Source: an uncultured Pseudomonadales bacterium (GTDB lineage Bacteria > Patescibacteriota > Microgenomatia > UBA1400 > PJMF01). From it: a stretch of 64,000 nucleotides of DNA. Under the pieces are notes generated by a model. That model made no database searches, was not told the origin of the DNA, and saw only the letters and a program-made list of their open reading frames with translations. Every line of letters starts with the position of its first letter. The stretch's first letter is position 1. The DNA lies in the NCBI GenBank assembly GCA_964574595.1, contig CAZNOF010000003.1:9715-73714 (forward strand), in the 5' to 3' direction. The position numbers were made by a program, and so were the translations under genes. This document shows positions 55,070-64,000 of the stretch, piece by piece.

Positions 55070-55857
55070 TCGTCGAAAAACTGCGCTTCATGTCTGAAGA
55101 TCAGCACTCCTGCAATAAAAAGAACACCTGTTTCAAATATACTCAGTCCAAGACTCCATAAATCAGGCATTGGCCTACTTAATAAAATTGATTGATACGT
55201 CTCAATCATGCTGGTCAACGGGTTTAACTTAATAATCGTTTGCAAGTGACTAGGCAGAACTGACGAAAAATAGACAATCGGCGTAGCGTAAAACCACAAC
55301 GGGACAAATGCCTGAACAAAAAATGTAATATCACGATACTTCACATTCAGAGCAGAAGTAATAAAGCTCATTCCAGTCAAAAGTACCGTCGTCCAAATCA
55401 GCAAGATTGGCAAAAAAATTAATTTCCAAATAATTACTTTTTGCAGGGCAATCAGGACGATCACAAAAAGCCCAAAAGCGATCAAGGTATGAAATAAGTT
55501 AGACAAAATAATTGATAACACAATCACTTCTCTGGGGAACTTTGCTTTTTCAATTAATGGAAGCTCAAAAACAATTCCCGGGGTTGTTTTCAAAAAACTT
55601 AATGAGAAATAGTTCCAAACTAATAACCCAGTAAAAAGATAGAGAAAGTAGTCTACAACTGACGTTTTAAACACAAACGAAAAGACACCGCCAATGATGA
55701 CCATCTGCAAAACAGGATTTAAAATAATCCAGAGAAACCCCAAAATAGCATATCGATATCTTGCTTTGATCTCACGTTCCGTCATTGCGATAAGAAGTTC
55801 CCATCCATGCTTCCAAGATGGAGTTGTCAGATCAAAGTACGACGAGAACAAACGCAT
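55060..55857 (-). CDS. ABC-2 type transporter permease (Wzm/TagG-like)
   Basis: 265 aa, 6 TM; translationally coupled to the ATPase. Confidence 0.8.
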   Translation of the reverse strand: MRLFSSYFDLTTPSWKHGWELLIAMTEREIKARYRYAILGFLWIILNPVLQMVIIGGVFSFVFKTSVVDYFLYLFTGLLVWNYFSLSFLKTTPGIVFELPLIEKAKFPREVIVLSIILSNLFHTLIAFGLFVIVLIALQKVIIWKLIFLPILLIWTTVLLTGMSFITSALNVKYRDITFFVQAFVPLWFYATPIVYFSSVLPSHLQTIIKLNPLTSMIETYQSILLSRPMPDLWSLGLSIFETGVLFIAGVLIFRHEAQFFDDWI

Positions 55858-55908
55858 AGTCGATACTTTACCATAAATTTGATGTTATGATGCCTTTACT
55901 ACACGCAT

Positions 55909-56754
55909 ATGCAAGAACAGACTCCAAATTGGTGGCAAAAAGCATTCTCAATAGAACAACTGGATACTTTTTTCTCCAATCACCAAGGCGATACTGAAAA
56001 GGAAACTGCGTTTTTAGAACGCGTCGGAAAAGTTTCTAAGCAGGCTGAAATTCTCGACGTATGCTGCGGATTTGGCCGCCACTCACTCGCTTTAGCAAAA
56101 AAAGGCTACACTCACATCACAGCAATTGACGTTTCAAAAGATTACATTAAGTTAGGAAAAGAGCTTAGTCAAAAACAAGCAATTCAACCGCACTTCATTG
56201 CGCAAGACATCCGCAAATCTCGTTTTACTGATGCTTTCTTTCAATTTATTTTTGTGATGTATACCTCGTTTGGCTACTTTCCAGACGAAGATAATCGCAA
56301 ACTGTTAAAGAAATTAACAAAAACATTAAGACCTGATGGCCGGTTGGTAATTGATGTCATGAATGCGGAACTCCTGTTTAGTGACATTCTTCGGGATGGA
56401 GTAAAGGTTAATCAAAAAGTGTGGACAAGAACACGAATGTATGAGAACAATGGCATTTCGTATATTGATCATGACACCTACTTTTTAGATAAAGGTCGAG
56501 TTAAACTGCTCCGCAAATGGCAAAAGGCTAAGAAAAAAGGTTCTTATACCATGGATATTATCCATTACACGCTTGATCAGTATCAAAGCATGTTTCAAGA
56601 AAACGGCTTATATATTGAAAAAGTGCTCGGCAACTACGATGGATCTCGATATTCAGCCACATCCCCAAGAAAAATTATGGTGGTCAAAAAAGGGACTAAA
56701 CGCGAGTCAATTTGGGACAGCCTCAGAGGTTACCTTGATGAAGTGCTGCATTAG
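55909..56754 (+). CDS. Class I SAM-dependent methyltransferase
   Basis: Motif I ILDVCCGFGRHSLALAKKGY and post-I acidic residue (AIDVS). Confidence 0.8.
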   Translation: MQEQTPNWWQKAFSIEQLDTFFSNHQGDTEKETAFLERVGKVSKQAEILDVCCGFGRHSLALAKKGYTHITAIDVSKDYIKLGKELSQKQAIQPHFIAQDIRKSRFTDAFFQFIFVMYTSFGYFPDEDNRKLLKKLTKTLRPDGRLVIDVMNAELLFSDILRDGVKVNQKVWTRTRMYENNGISYIDHDTYFLDKGRVKLLRKWQKAKKKGSYTMDIIHYTLDQYQSMFQENGLYIEKVLGNYDGSRYSATSPRKIMVVKKGTKRESIWDSLRGYLDEVLH

Positions 56755-57855
56755 TTTTTCGTATGATTTTTTCATTGAGAACTTTTTAACGACGGATGAT
56801 CTTGCTTGCAAAGCATGCCTCCTATAGGTTTTTGGTGAAGTCAGATACTTTTCAATTGCTTGCGAAAAAAAGAATGCTGATGGATATGCTACTGCAAAGC
56901 CATTTTCATCATCGTGAACTACTTCAATATTTCCTGAACCATTCGTTACAACAGTTGGGACACCACACAGGAGTGACTCAATTCCGGCATTTGGCAAGGC
57001 GAATTTTCGACTAGGAATGAGATGAATAAATGCCTTTTGAAAAACTTCAGCCACTTCACTTGAAGCCAGATAGGGCTTAAAGAATACTTGCTGCCGCACA
57101 CCTGCCGCACTCGCCCGCTCAATCAGAGCCGCTACATATTGTTTGTCTGATGCTGCTTCCCTCATTCCATAATGATGAAACTCGACTTCTGGATGCTTTC
57201 GGCAAATAATTGCGGCTGAATCAATAAATTCTTCTAAATTTCGATTTACGTCAATTCGACTCATCGTCACAATAATTTTTTTGCTTGACCTAGTTCTGGG
57301 AGAGAGTTTCTTGGGCTGAAACTTTTTCTCATCAATTCCATCATAAATCAGAGTTATTTTCTGGGGGTCTATTCTGTACTCATCCAAGAATACTTCTTTC
57401 ACATACTCAGAGATGGCAATGTGACTAGTTCCATGACCAGCTCTCAACAAACTCCTTAGCAGGAAGTTATCAATTGTCCAAATATCCCGATCATGTATGA
57501 CTAGCTTTTTTTGAAATATGTGAGCAAATGGCGCACAAAAAAGCACCCATTGATAGTGATTGCAGTAGATCAGATCTGGATTACTTACGATCATCTGCCA
57601 AAAACAATTGATCAGCATTTTCAATTGTGCCAATCGAGAGCGAAATGATTTTGGATAGACATTCGTAAAAAAATCAGCAGAGATATTAATGATTTTGATG
57701 TTTTGAGGAAAATGATAGGTATGTAGCACGGAATTTGGAACCGTGGCAACAGTGATCTTCCAAGCTGGCTGTTTTTGAGCAAGGTACAAGAGGAAATGAG
57801 CTAATTGAGTGGGCGGCCCACCAATTGCTTCTAGCTCAACGCAAAATATTTTCAT
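56707..57855 (-). CDS. Glycosyltransferase family 4
   Basis: GT-B fold; C-terminal GIESLLCGVPTVV region. Confidence 0.65.
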   Translation of the reverse strand: MKIFCVELEAIGGPPTQLAHFLLYLAQKQPAWKITVATVPNSVLHTYHFPQNIKIINISADFFTNVYPKSFRSRLAQLKMLINCFWQMIVSNPDLIYCNHYQWVLFCAPFAHIFQKKLVIHDRDIWTIDNFLLRSLLRAGHGTSHIAISEYVKEVFLDEYRIDPQKITLIYDGIDEKKFQPKKLSPRTRSSKKIIVTMSRIDVNRNLEEFIDSAAIICRKHPEVEFHHYGMREAASDKQYVAALIERASAAGVRQQVFFKPYLASSEVAEVFQKAFIHLIPSRKFALPNAGIESLLCGVPTVVTNGSGNIEVVHDDENGFAVAYPSAFFFSQAIEKYLTSPKTYRRHALQARSSVVKKFSMKKSYEKLMQHFIKVTSEAVPN

Positions 57856-59189
57856 TTGGAAACCTGAGCCACTGTATTCAAATACTCTGACTGCAACCGT
57901 AAAATTGGGACTCGTGACTTCTTAAGCTGGAACGCAAAAAATCGTCTCAAGTACGTTACATCAAAAAATCGCGTCGCACTCATCTCTGCACAGTTCTTTT
58001 CTAGTATTTCCCTAAAAAGAGTTATGGAATCCTGGCCACTGAGTGAGAAAAACTCTTTGACTACCTTTTTCCGAGCTAGAAGAGTGGCTTTTTTTTCTGG
58101 CGATTCTGTCAGTTTTAAAATCAGCTTAAACAACTCTTGAAAAGTTTCAACCGCATATGAATACCGTCTCACTTCAGTAAGTGAAGGCAGTGTTCCCCAA
58201 ATTCCTTGACCTTCTTCAGGATAGAAAAAAATACTCGGCCGATCTAATGACATAAAATCGATAGAAATGCTTGATAAATCAGTAACAAGAACGTCACTTG
58301 CTAACAGGTTATTTTTCGGCCCTTGGTAGTTGTACTGTTCGGTATTTTCTAAATGTACGTAGCCGGAAAATTCTTTGGCAACTTTTTTCATTTTTCTGTC
58401 AACTTGGTAATGTTGAACAGCTAAGTGGTGCGGACGGAGAATGAGGTTAAAGTGATGTTTTTTCGTCCATTCACAAAACGCTCTTAATAGCTGCTCGTCT
58501 TCCTCAAAAGTTCCGACTGGCCAAATCTTCTTCGACTCCCAGCTAGGTGCGTAGCAAATCGTTTTCTTCTTTGGATCCAGACCAATCTTTTTCAGATACG
58601 CCTTTTTTTCAAAATCTTTTTCATTCAAGTAAAAATTGAGGAGTCTTCCAGGAGAAATTACCCGATCCATTTGCGCTGGCGATAAATGGCAGCGCTCGAT
58701 TACTTTTTGTCTAGTAAATTGACCATTTGTAAAAGTCAGCCAATAGTTTTTGAAACTTTTTACACGAGTCTCGTCAAAGTATGAGCTCCCGATCTCAAAC
58801 AGATGTCCATGAAAAACCTGCACCGTATATTTGCCAATCATTTCTTCCAATTCTGGAATGACCATATCAAGCAACCAAATTGCTTTTTCACCTACCAGTG
58901 ATCTGACCGAGTAGATGTAGGGCTCTAACTCAGCAAACCAGCTATCATAGAGTCGAAACTGCTTTTTTTTAATCAAGCTATCTTTTGGATAGCAATCCAC
59001 ACCCGCAATTTCGCAAAGCATTTTTCTTTTGATAAATGCGGGAGCATTTTGATACGATCCCCGATTGGTATACACCATCATCGGTTCAAGTACTTCAGAA
59101 TTCATTAAAGCTTGGTAGTAAATTTCCATACTTCTACCACAACCAACATCTTCTAGAGCTAATATCACTACTGGTATTTTATGTAACAT
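57852..59189 (-). CDS. CDP-alditol/CDP-glycerol phosphotransferase (TagB/TagF/TarL family)
   Basis: C-terminal VLVTDLSSISIDFMSLDRPSIFFY matches the TagF-family (I/L)TDYSS...D...KP(I/V)IF(F/Y) block. Confidence 0.6.
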   Translation of the reverse strand: MLHKIPVVILALEDVGCGRSMEIYYQALMNSEVLEPMMVYTNRGSYQNAPAFIKRKMLCEIAGVDCYPKDSLIKKKQFRLYDSWFAELEPYIYSVRSLVGEKAIWLLDMVIPELEEMIGKYTVQVFHGHLFEIGSSYFDETRVKSFKNYWLTFTNGQFTRQKVIERCHLSPAQMDRVISPGRLLNFYLNEKDFEKKAYLKKIGLDPKKKTICYAPSWESKKIWPVGTFEEDEQLLRAFCEWTKKHHFNLILRPHHLAVQHYQVDRKMKKVAKEFSGYVHLENTEQYNYQGPKNNLLASDVLVTDLSSISIDFMSLDRPSIFFYPEEGQGIWGTLPSLTEVRRYSYAVETFQELFKLILKLTESPEKKATLLARKKVVKEFFSLSGQDSITLFREILEKNCAEMSATRFFDVTYLRRFFAFQLKKSRVPILRLQSEYLNTVAQVSK

Positions 59190-59199
59190 ATTGAGGTAC

Positions 59200-59970
59200 T
59201 TATGCTTGAATTTTCTTCAGGACAGCAGCACATTTGCTTTCAGCAATCTTAAGATCTTCAGGTGTATCAACTTCACAACATAAGAGATCTGCGCAGTCTA
59301 CAGCAATCGGGACTGATTTTTTCACTTTGTATGAGGTATATGAGTCTTCAGCATACAGCTTATAAAACTCTTCACCTTGGAGCAGTGCTAGCTCTTTTGC
59401 CAGCCCAGCTGCTGCTTTTTTAGAGATGAACTCAATTCCAATACCGATTCCGTCTGACTCATCACTTTTCAACTGCTTACTGAACCGAAGAATTTTATGA
59501 GAATTCTTCTCTAAGGAGACTCGGTACTCAGTTAAGTCCTCGCCTGCCTTTTTGGGCAAGAAAGCAACATTTATTCCTTGGCCGGAACTCATGAGACGGT
59601 ACAACAACTCAGGTTCGTAGATTAAGTCACCATCTTGTCGAAAAAAACTTTGACCCTTAATAAAAGGGGCAGCTAAAGAAAACGAGTGAAGGGTATTTGT
59701 TTCCTGATATGAGGGGTTTTCTACGTAGACTTTTTCAAACTCAGGAAATTCTGTATTTATATATCTTCGAATCTGATCTTGTCGGCCACCCACAACCAGA
59801 ATCAACTTTTTTACCCCAATTTTTCGTAAAGAAGAAAGCGCATACCAGATGACTGGTTTCGTGCCGACTTGCAACAGCGATTTATGCGTCACCTCAGTAA
59901 GGTTCTTCATCCGGGATCCAATTCCCGCCAGTAAAATGATGGCTAACTGAGTTTTTTCCATACCTACCAT
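59200..59970 (-). CDS. Sugar/alditol-phosphate nucleotidyltransferase (IspD/TarI/LicC-like cytidylyltransferase)
   Basis: N-terminus AIILLAGIGSRM (GxGxR nucleotide-binding loop). Confidence 0.65.
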   Translation of the reverse strand: MVGMEKTQLAIILLAGIGSRMKNLTEVTHKSLLQVGTKPVIWYALSSLRKIGVKKLILVVGGRQDQIRRYINTEFPEFEKVYVENPSYQETNTLHSFSLAAPFIKGQSFFRQDGDLIYEPELLYRLMSSGQGINVAFLPKKAGEDLTEYRVSLEKNSHKILRFSKQLKSDESDGIGIGIEFISKKAAAGLAKELALLQGEEFYKLYAEDSYTSYKVKKSVPIAVDCADLLCCEVDTPEDLKIAESKCAAVLKKIQA

Positions 59971-59977
59971 TCAAATA

Positions 59978-60340
59978 TTGGCCTATATTAACACGTCTCT
60001 TTTGGGTTTGCTATGCAAATTCGTTTTCCGTTTTCTTACTGAAATTTCAGAAACAGGACTTATAATGTCATCAGATATGGCAAAGAACAAAAATAACCCC
60101 GACCAGCCAGCACAGCCAGATCAGATTAATCACTTTGATCAACCTGAAGTGTGGGACATCATGGATCCAGGCGATCAATCTTTCTGGGAAGAGTTTTTCC
60201 GTCTAGAAGAATTACTCGAGACCACGGACGAACTAGATCCACCAGTTTTTTCAATTTCCGTACAAAACCATCAAACTGGTGAGGTCAGAACATTCTCCCA
60301 TATTCAGCTGAAACCAGCTCGAAAAAAACTGCTCTGCTAA
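59978..60340 (+). CDS. hypothetical acidic protein (start uncertain)
   Basis: ORF-track call; no motif; alternative ATG at about 60065. Confidence 0.3.
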   Translation: MAYINTSLLGLLCKFVFRFLTEISETGLIMSSDMAKNKNNPDQPAQPDQINHFDQPEVWDIMDPGDQSFWEEFFRLEELLETTDELDPPVFSISVQNHQTGEVRTFSHIQLKPARKKLLC

Positions 60341-60394
60341 TCTGATAAACGGCTGTTTCTTACTAGCTGTTCTACTAGGCTACGTGTATCATAA

Positions 60395-61450
60395 ATGAAT
60401 ATGAAAAAATGGTTACAATTACCTGGGAATGTGTTTGGCTGGATTCGTCGACACTGGAAACTCTCACTCTTTATTATCGTCATAATAGCAGGAATAGGCA
60501 TTTGGCAGTATCAAAAAGCCAAATCAGCAGTACCTCAACTTAAATTTGCTAAGGCAGAAAAAACTCAATTAACTGAGACACTCTCTGTTTCTGGGGTCAT
60601 TGACGCGAAAGAAAGTGCTAACTTACGCTTTGCCACTGGTGGGAAACTAACCTACTTGGGTGCCCAAGAGGGTGATGTGGTGAAAAAAGGTCAAACATTG
60701 GCTAGAATTGACGCGCGAACTATTCAAAAACAGATGCAGCAAAGTTTGAATAGCTACTTCATTCAACGTTTAACGTACGACCAGGATCAAGCCGACCGAG
60801 CAAATAAAACCTACACTGATGCTTTGGGTCGTCAGCAACAACAAGATCAAGCAACCTTGAACAACTCTGTATTGAGTGTCGAAATTCAAGATATCACCAT
60901 TCAAAACTCGGTGCTGAGTACTCCAATTGGTGGCATTTTAGTCAGCTCACCAGCATCTGTGACTGGCACTAATTTACTTGCTACCGATATGTTCCAAGTC
61001 ATTAACCCGCAATCACTCGTTTTCCGAGCGACAGTGGATCAAGCAGACGTTTCCAAAGTAGCTAAAGCCCAACCTGGAGAAGTCACGCTGGACGCGTACC
61101 CAGATCAAAAGTTGAGTACTCAAGTGTCATACATCTCCTACAAGAGTGCGCAGAGTTCAACAGGAACTGTTTACATCGTTGAGATGCCTATTCAAGCTTC
61201 CGGTGCCGCAGATTTAAATAGATACCGACTGGGAATGAATGGTGATGCTTCAATTATTTTGAATCAAAAAGATGATGTCCTCGCTGTACCTGTCGGCGCG
61301 ATTCGTGAAAAGAATGGTCAAACCTTCGTCCGAGTAAAAACTGGTGCAAATACTGCGACTGACCGAGAAATTAAAACTGGTTTAGAAACTGATTCTCAAA
61401 TAGAAGTTACCAGCGGACTCAATCAAGGTGATGAAGTCGTGGTGCCATAA
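60395..61450 (+). CDS. Efflux transporter periplasmic adaptor (membrane fusion protein, HlyD/MacA family)
   Basis: N-terminal TM, biotin-lipoyl-like hairpin (GDVVKKGQTLARID), coiled-coil, beta-barrel. Confidence 0.8.
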   Translation: MNMKKWLQLPGNVFGWIRRHWKLSLFIIVIIAGIGIWQYQKAKSAVPQLKFAKAEKTQLTETLSVSGVIDAKESANLRFATGGKLTYLGAQEGDVVKKGQTLARIDARTIQKQMQQSLNSYFIQRLTYDQDQADRANKTYTDALGRQQQQDQATLNNSVLSVEIQDITIQNSVLSTPIGGILVSSPASVTGTNLLATDMFQVINPQSLVFRATVDQADVSKVAKAQPGEVTLDAYPDQKLSTQVSYISYKSAQSSTGTVYIVEMPIQASGAADLNRYRLGMNGDASIILNQKDDVLAVPVGAIREKNGQTFVRVKTGANTATDREIKTGLETDSQIEVTSGLNQGDEVVVP

Positions 61451-61453
61451 CGT

Positions 61454-62236
61454 ATGCTACTTCAACTCAAAAATGTCTCTAAAGTCTACACCGTGGGTAC
61501 TGAAGAAATTCGTGCTTTAAATGAAGTTACTATGGAGATTGATGAGGGTGAGTTTGTGGCCGTTATGGGTCCATCTGGATCTGGAAAATCGACTTTTTTA
61601 CAAGTTGCCAGTTTGCTGAACAATGTCTCTGGTGGTGCAATTTACTTAAAGGGCAAAGACGTCACTAAGTATACCGAAATTGAGCTAGCGAGACTCAGAA
61701 ATAAAGAAATTGGGTTTGTCTTTCAACAGTTCAACCTACTCGCCCGTACATCTGCCTTAGAAAATGTGGAGTTGCCATTAGTGTATGGTGGCGTTCTCAG
61801 TTCTGAACGAAGAAAACGAGCCACAGAAATGTTAGGCAAAGTGGGACTGAGTGATCGTTTATCAAACACCCCGGCCCAACTTTCTGGAGGCCAGCAACAA
61901 CGCGTAGCTATCGCCCGAGCCTTGGTTAATGAGCCGGCACTTATCTTTGCTGATGAACCAACTGGAAACCTCGACTCAAAAAGCGGCGAAGATATAAAGA
62001 ATTTGCTAATCAACCTTCATAAAGAAGGTAAGACTATTATCATGGTGACTCATGAACAAGAAGTCGCAGAAATTGCCAAGCGGATTGTGCTGTTTCATGA
62101 TGGAGAAATTTTGTACGATGACAAGTATGGTTTTAATGAACACGTTAAGAGTGAAAAAGCCATGGAGTATTTGGCAACCTTAAAGAAACAAGGTAAAAAA
62201 GTGCGAGGAATGTTTGGGAAAGTCACCGGTAAATAA
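61454..62236 (+). CDS. ABC transporter ATP-binding protein (MacB/LolD-type)
   Basis: Walker [14 protein letters not shown], signature [15 protein letters not shown], Walker [12 protein letters not shown]. Confidence 0.88.
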   Translation: MLLQLKNVSKVYTVGTEEIRALNEVTMEIDEGEFVAVMGPSGSGKSTFLQVASLLNNVSGGAIYLKGKDVTKYTEIELARLRNKEIGFVFQQFNLLARTSALENVELPLVYGGVLSSERRKRATEMLGKVGLSDRLSNTPAQLSGGQQQRVAIARALVNEPALIFADEPTGNLDSKSGEDIKNLLINLHKEGKTIIMVTHEQEVAEIAKRIVLFHDGEILYDDKYGFNEHVKSEKAMEYLATLKKQGKKVRGMFGKVTGK

Positions 62237-63452
62237 TATGAGTTTTGAGAACACATTTTACACAGCTTTAAAAGCGATTCTCGTTAACAAGAGAAGAGCT
62301 TTTTTAACCATGCTTGGTGTGATTATTGGTGTGGGTTCTGTGGTTCTTTTGACAAGTATTGGTACTGGCTTGCAGTCGTACGTCAGTGATCAATTTGCGA
62401 GTCTTGGATCAAATACGTTATATGTGGTTCCGGGAAATCCGTTCGGTGGCAATGGTGCAACGGGTGGTCAAGACGCCATCGTGGAACGAACCAAACCAAC
62501 ATTAAAAATTGAAGATCTAAACAAAATCTTACGAGCCAATCGTGACACGTTGGTACGCGGTATCGCATCTAGTTTAGGTAGTGGTGAAGCGAAATACGCT
62601 CAGGTGACGAAAAAAGTTACGCTTTACGGAACAACCGCTGGCTATGAATTCGTTCAGAATACGAAGGCCACTAAAGGTCGCTGGTACGATTCTTCTGATG
62701 ATGAACTAAACCGCCGGGTTGCGGTACTCGGACCGAAAATTGCCACCGAGCTTTTTGGAGATGTTGACCCCGTAAATAAAAAAATAAAACTGGATGGTCA
62801 ATCCTATACAGTCATCGGCGTCCTCGAATCAAAAGGTGGCGGCTTTGGTGGACCAAGTTTTGATAATTACGTGTATCTACCGTTTAACACTTTACGTAAC
62901 AACTTTAACGTTCAAGTCATCAGCTCTTTTGTTTTTCAGACTGTAGATAAAGAAAGTATTCCAACGGCCAAAAGTGGAATTGAAGGTGTGATGTTAAAGC
63001 GACTCAAAAAAGATGACTTTACTGTCTTTGACCAAAGCCAACTACTCACAACTATTAATAGTGTCTTGGGAATTCTGACCGTGGGATTAGGCGGAATTGC
63101 CGCTATTTCCTTAGTCGTTGGTGGCATTGGAATTATGAATATTATGTTGGTATCAGTAACAGAGCGAACCAAAGAAATTGGCTTACGAAAAGCCTTAGGA
63201 GCCACCCCCAACACCATTTTAACTCAATTTTTAATTGAAGCATCATTGCTTTCTGGCATCGGTGGTTTAATTGGAATTGCCATTGCCTTCTTAGGCACCC
63301 TAGCTATCCAAAGCGTCTTCCCAGCTAGAATCTTACCGTCGTCTATCATGTTGGCCTTTGGTGTTTCTAGCGCCGTCGGTGTCATCTTTGGTGCAGCTCC
63401 CGCTCGATTCGCCTCGCAGCTCTCTCCGATCGAAGCCTTGAGATCCGAGTAA
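62214..63452 (+). CDS. ABC transporter permease (FtsX/MacB-type)
   Basis: N-terminal TM, large periplasmic domain, C-terminal 3-TM FtsX domain. Confidence 0.8.
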   Translation: MGKSPVNNMSFENTFYTALKAILVNKRRAFLTMLGVIIGVGSVVLLTSIGTGLQSYVSDQFASLGSNTLYVVPGNPFGGNGATGGQDAIVERTKPTLKIEDLNKILRANRDTLVRGIASSLGSGEAKYAQVTKKVTLYGTTAGYEFVQNTKATKGRWYDSSDDELNRRVAVLGPKIATELFGDVDPVNKKIKLDGQSYTVIGVLESKGGGFGGPSFDNYVYLPFNTLRNNFNVQVISSFVFQTVDKESIPTAKSGIEGVMLKRLKKDDFTVFDQSQLLTTINSVLGILTVGLGGIAAISLVVGGIGIMNIMLVSVTERTKEIGLRKALGATPNTILTQFLIEASLLSGIGGLIGIAIAFLGTLAIQSVFPARILPSSIMLAFGVSSAVGVIFGAAPARFASQLSPIEALRSE

Positions 63453-63474
63453 AGACTGTGCTACGCTTACGGAT

Positions 63475-63915
63475 ATGAAATTCCTCAAAGGATTGTTGAC
63501 TCTTGTTCTGCTAGCTGGCGTATTAGGCGTAGGAATTGTGATAGCAGCACCAAAATATCCTCAAGCCCAAATGGTCATGGATAAACTGCATTTAGCTGTT
63601 TTACAGCCAGTTGCCAATGAAACACTGGCCAGTGCAGCACAGATTCAATCTAAGTTGCCAGAATTAGGTCAAGTTTTAGGTATTAAAACGGAGGCCAGTC
63701 CTGTGCCAGGTGCAAATAAGGAAGCTTCTCTACCACAGAAAACCCTGGAGTATGCCAAGTATGCCTACTGCCAACAGGTAGTGAAAGACTATGAAGCTAG
63801 AAATGGAATTGTCTCAAGTGGCTCAGCCACTCCCAAACCGTCTCCAAAACCATCAGAGAGCGCAAGGCCAGTAGGCAGTCCATTACTCAAGCCAACAACC
63901 CCATACAGAAAATAA
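63475..63915 (+). CDS. hypothetical secreted protein (signal peptide; Pro/Ser-rich C-terminus)
   Basis: MKFLKGLLTLVLLAGVLGVGIVIAAP signal-like N-terminus. Confidence 0.4.
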   Translation: MKFLKGLLTLVLLAGVLGVGIVIAAPKYPQAQMVMDKLHLAVLQPVANETLASAAQIQSKLPELGQVLGIKTEASPVPGANKEASLPQKTLEYAKYAYCQQVVKDYEARNGIVSSGSATPKPSPKPSESARPVGSPLLKPTTPYRK

Positions 63916-64000
63916 GAAACTAAAGATCTTTAGAGCTTCGCTCTGACTTTCATCTCGGCTTCAAGCTCTGCCCGATCAACACCAAACTTCAAGCGTGACA

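Noticed and set aside
63928-63941. Perfect 14-nt palindrome CTAAAGATCTTTAG after the last ORF
   Set aside because: No loop and no adjacent T-run; too short to call a terminator or operator with confidence.
1-64000. Possibility of an alternative genetic code (UGA as sense, as in some CPR lineages)
   Set aside because: Conserved proteins (NrdJ, LepA, PBPs, AsnB) are full length with ordinary TGA/TAA/TAG stops at the expected ends; standard code 11 fits.
1-64000. Search for mobile elements (transposases, integrases, inverted terminal repeats) around the tRNA and the GC-rich gene
   Set aside because: No recombinase-like ORF and no direct repeat of the tRNA 3' end were found; nothing supports a mobile-element call.

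Overview
The window reads as a gene-dense chromosomal segment of a small-genome, AT-rich bacterium with a Gram-positive-like envelope, most consistent with Candidate Phyla Radiation / Patescibacteria. Supporting this are LPxTG-type sorting signals, a type-IV-pilus pilN/pilO pair, two tandem class A PBPs, no outer-membrane components and standard TGA stops. No CRISPR array, transposase or integrase is visible. Housekeeping content is nrdR-nrdJ (class II RNR), two class A PBPs flanking a GH18 hydrolase, cmk, smpB (its reading frame is interrupted), lepA, rpsT, murJ, tatA/tatC and one tRNA (anticodon UAU). Accessory content includes a surface-protein locus (24.2-30.6 kb) with an FN3 protein, a sugar transferase and two paralogous Cys-rich repeat proteins; one of these carries a C-terminal LPRTG signal. 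A second accessory block (35.4-60.0 kb) is a large glycopolymer, teichoic-acid-like biosynthesis and export island. It encodes several GT4/GT2/GT26 glycosyltransferases, three PMT/ArnT-like GT-C membrane transferases, a TagF-like glycerophosphotransferase, an IspD/TarI-like cytidylyltransferase and Wzm/Wzt ABC exporters. It also holds a NodU-type carbamoyltransferase flanked by small membrane ORFs, plus a methyltransferase, an epimerase and AsnB. A MacAB-like efflux system follows. Other notable points are a perfect 20-bp palindrome upstream of nrdR, an archaeal-type CMP-kinase operon alongside a normal bacterial cmk, and a GC-richer orphan gene bounded by a terminator. The ORF track appears to allow GTG/TTG starts. 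Several ORF 5' ends were trimmed to internal ATGs where they would otherwise overlap the upstream gene.
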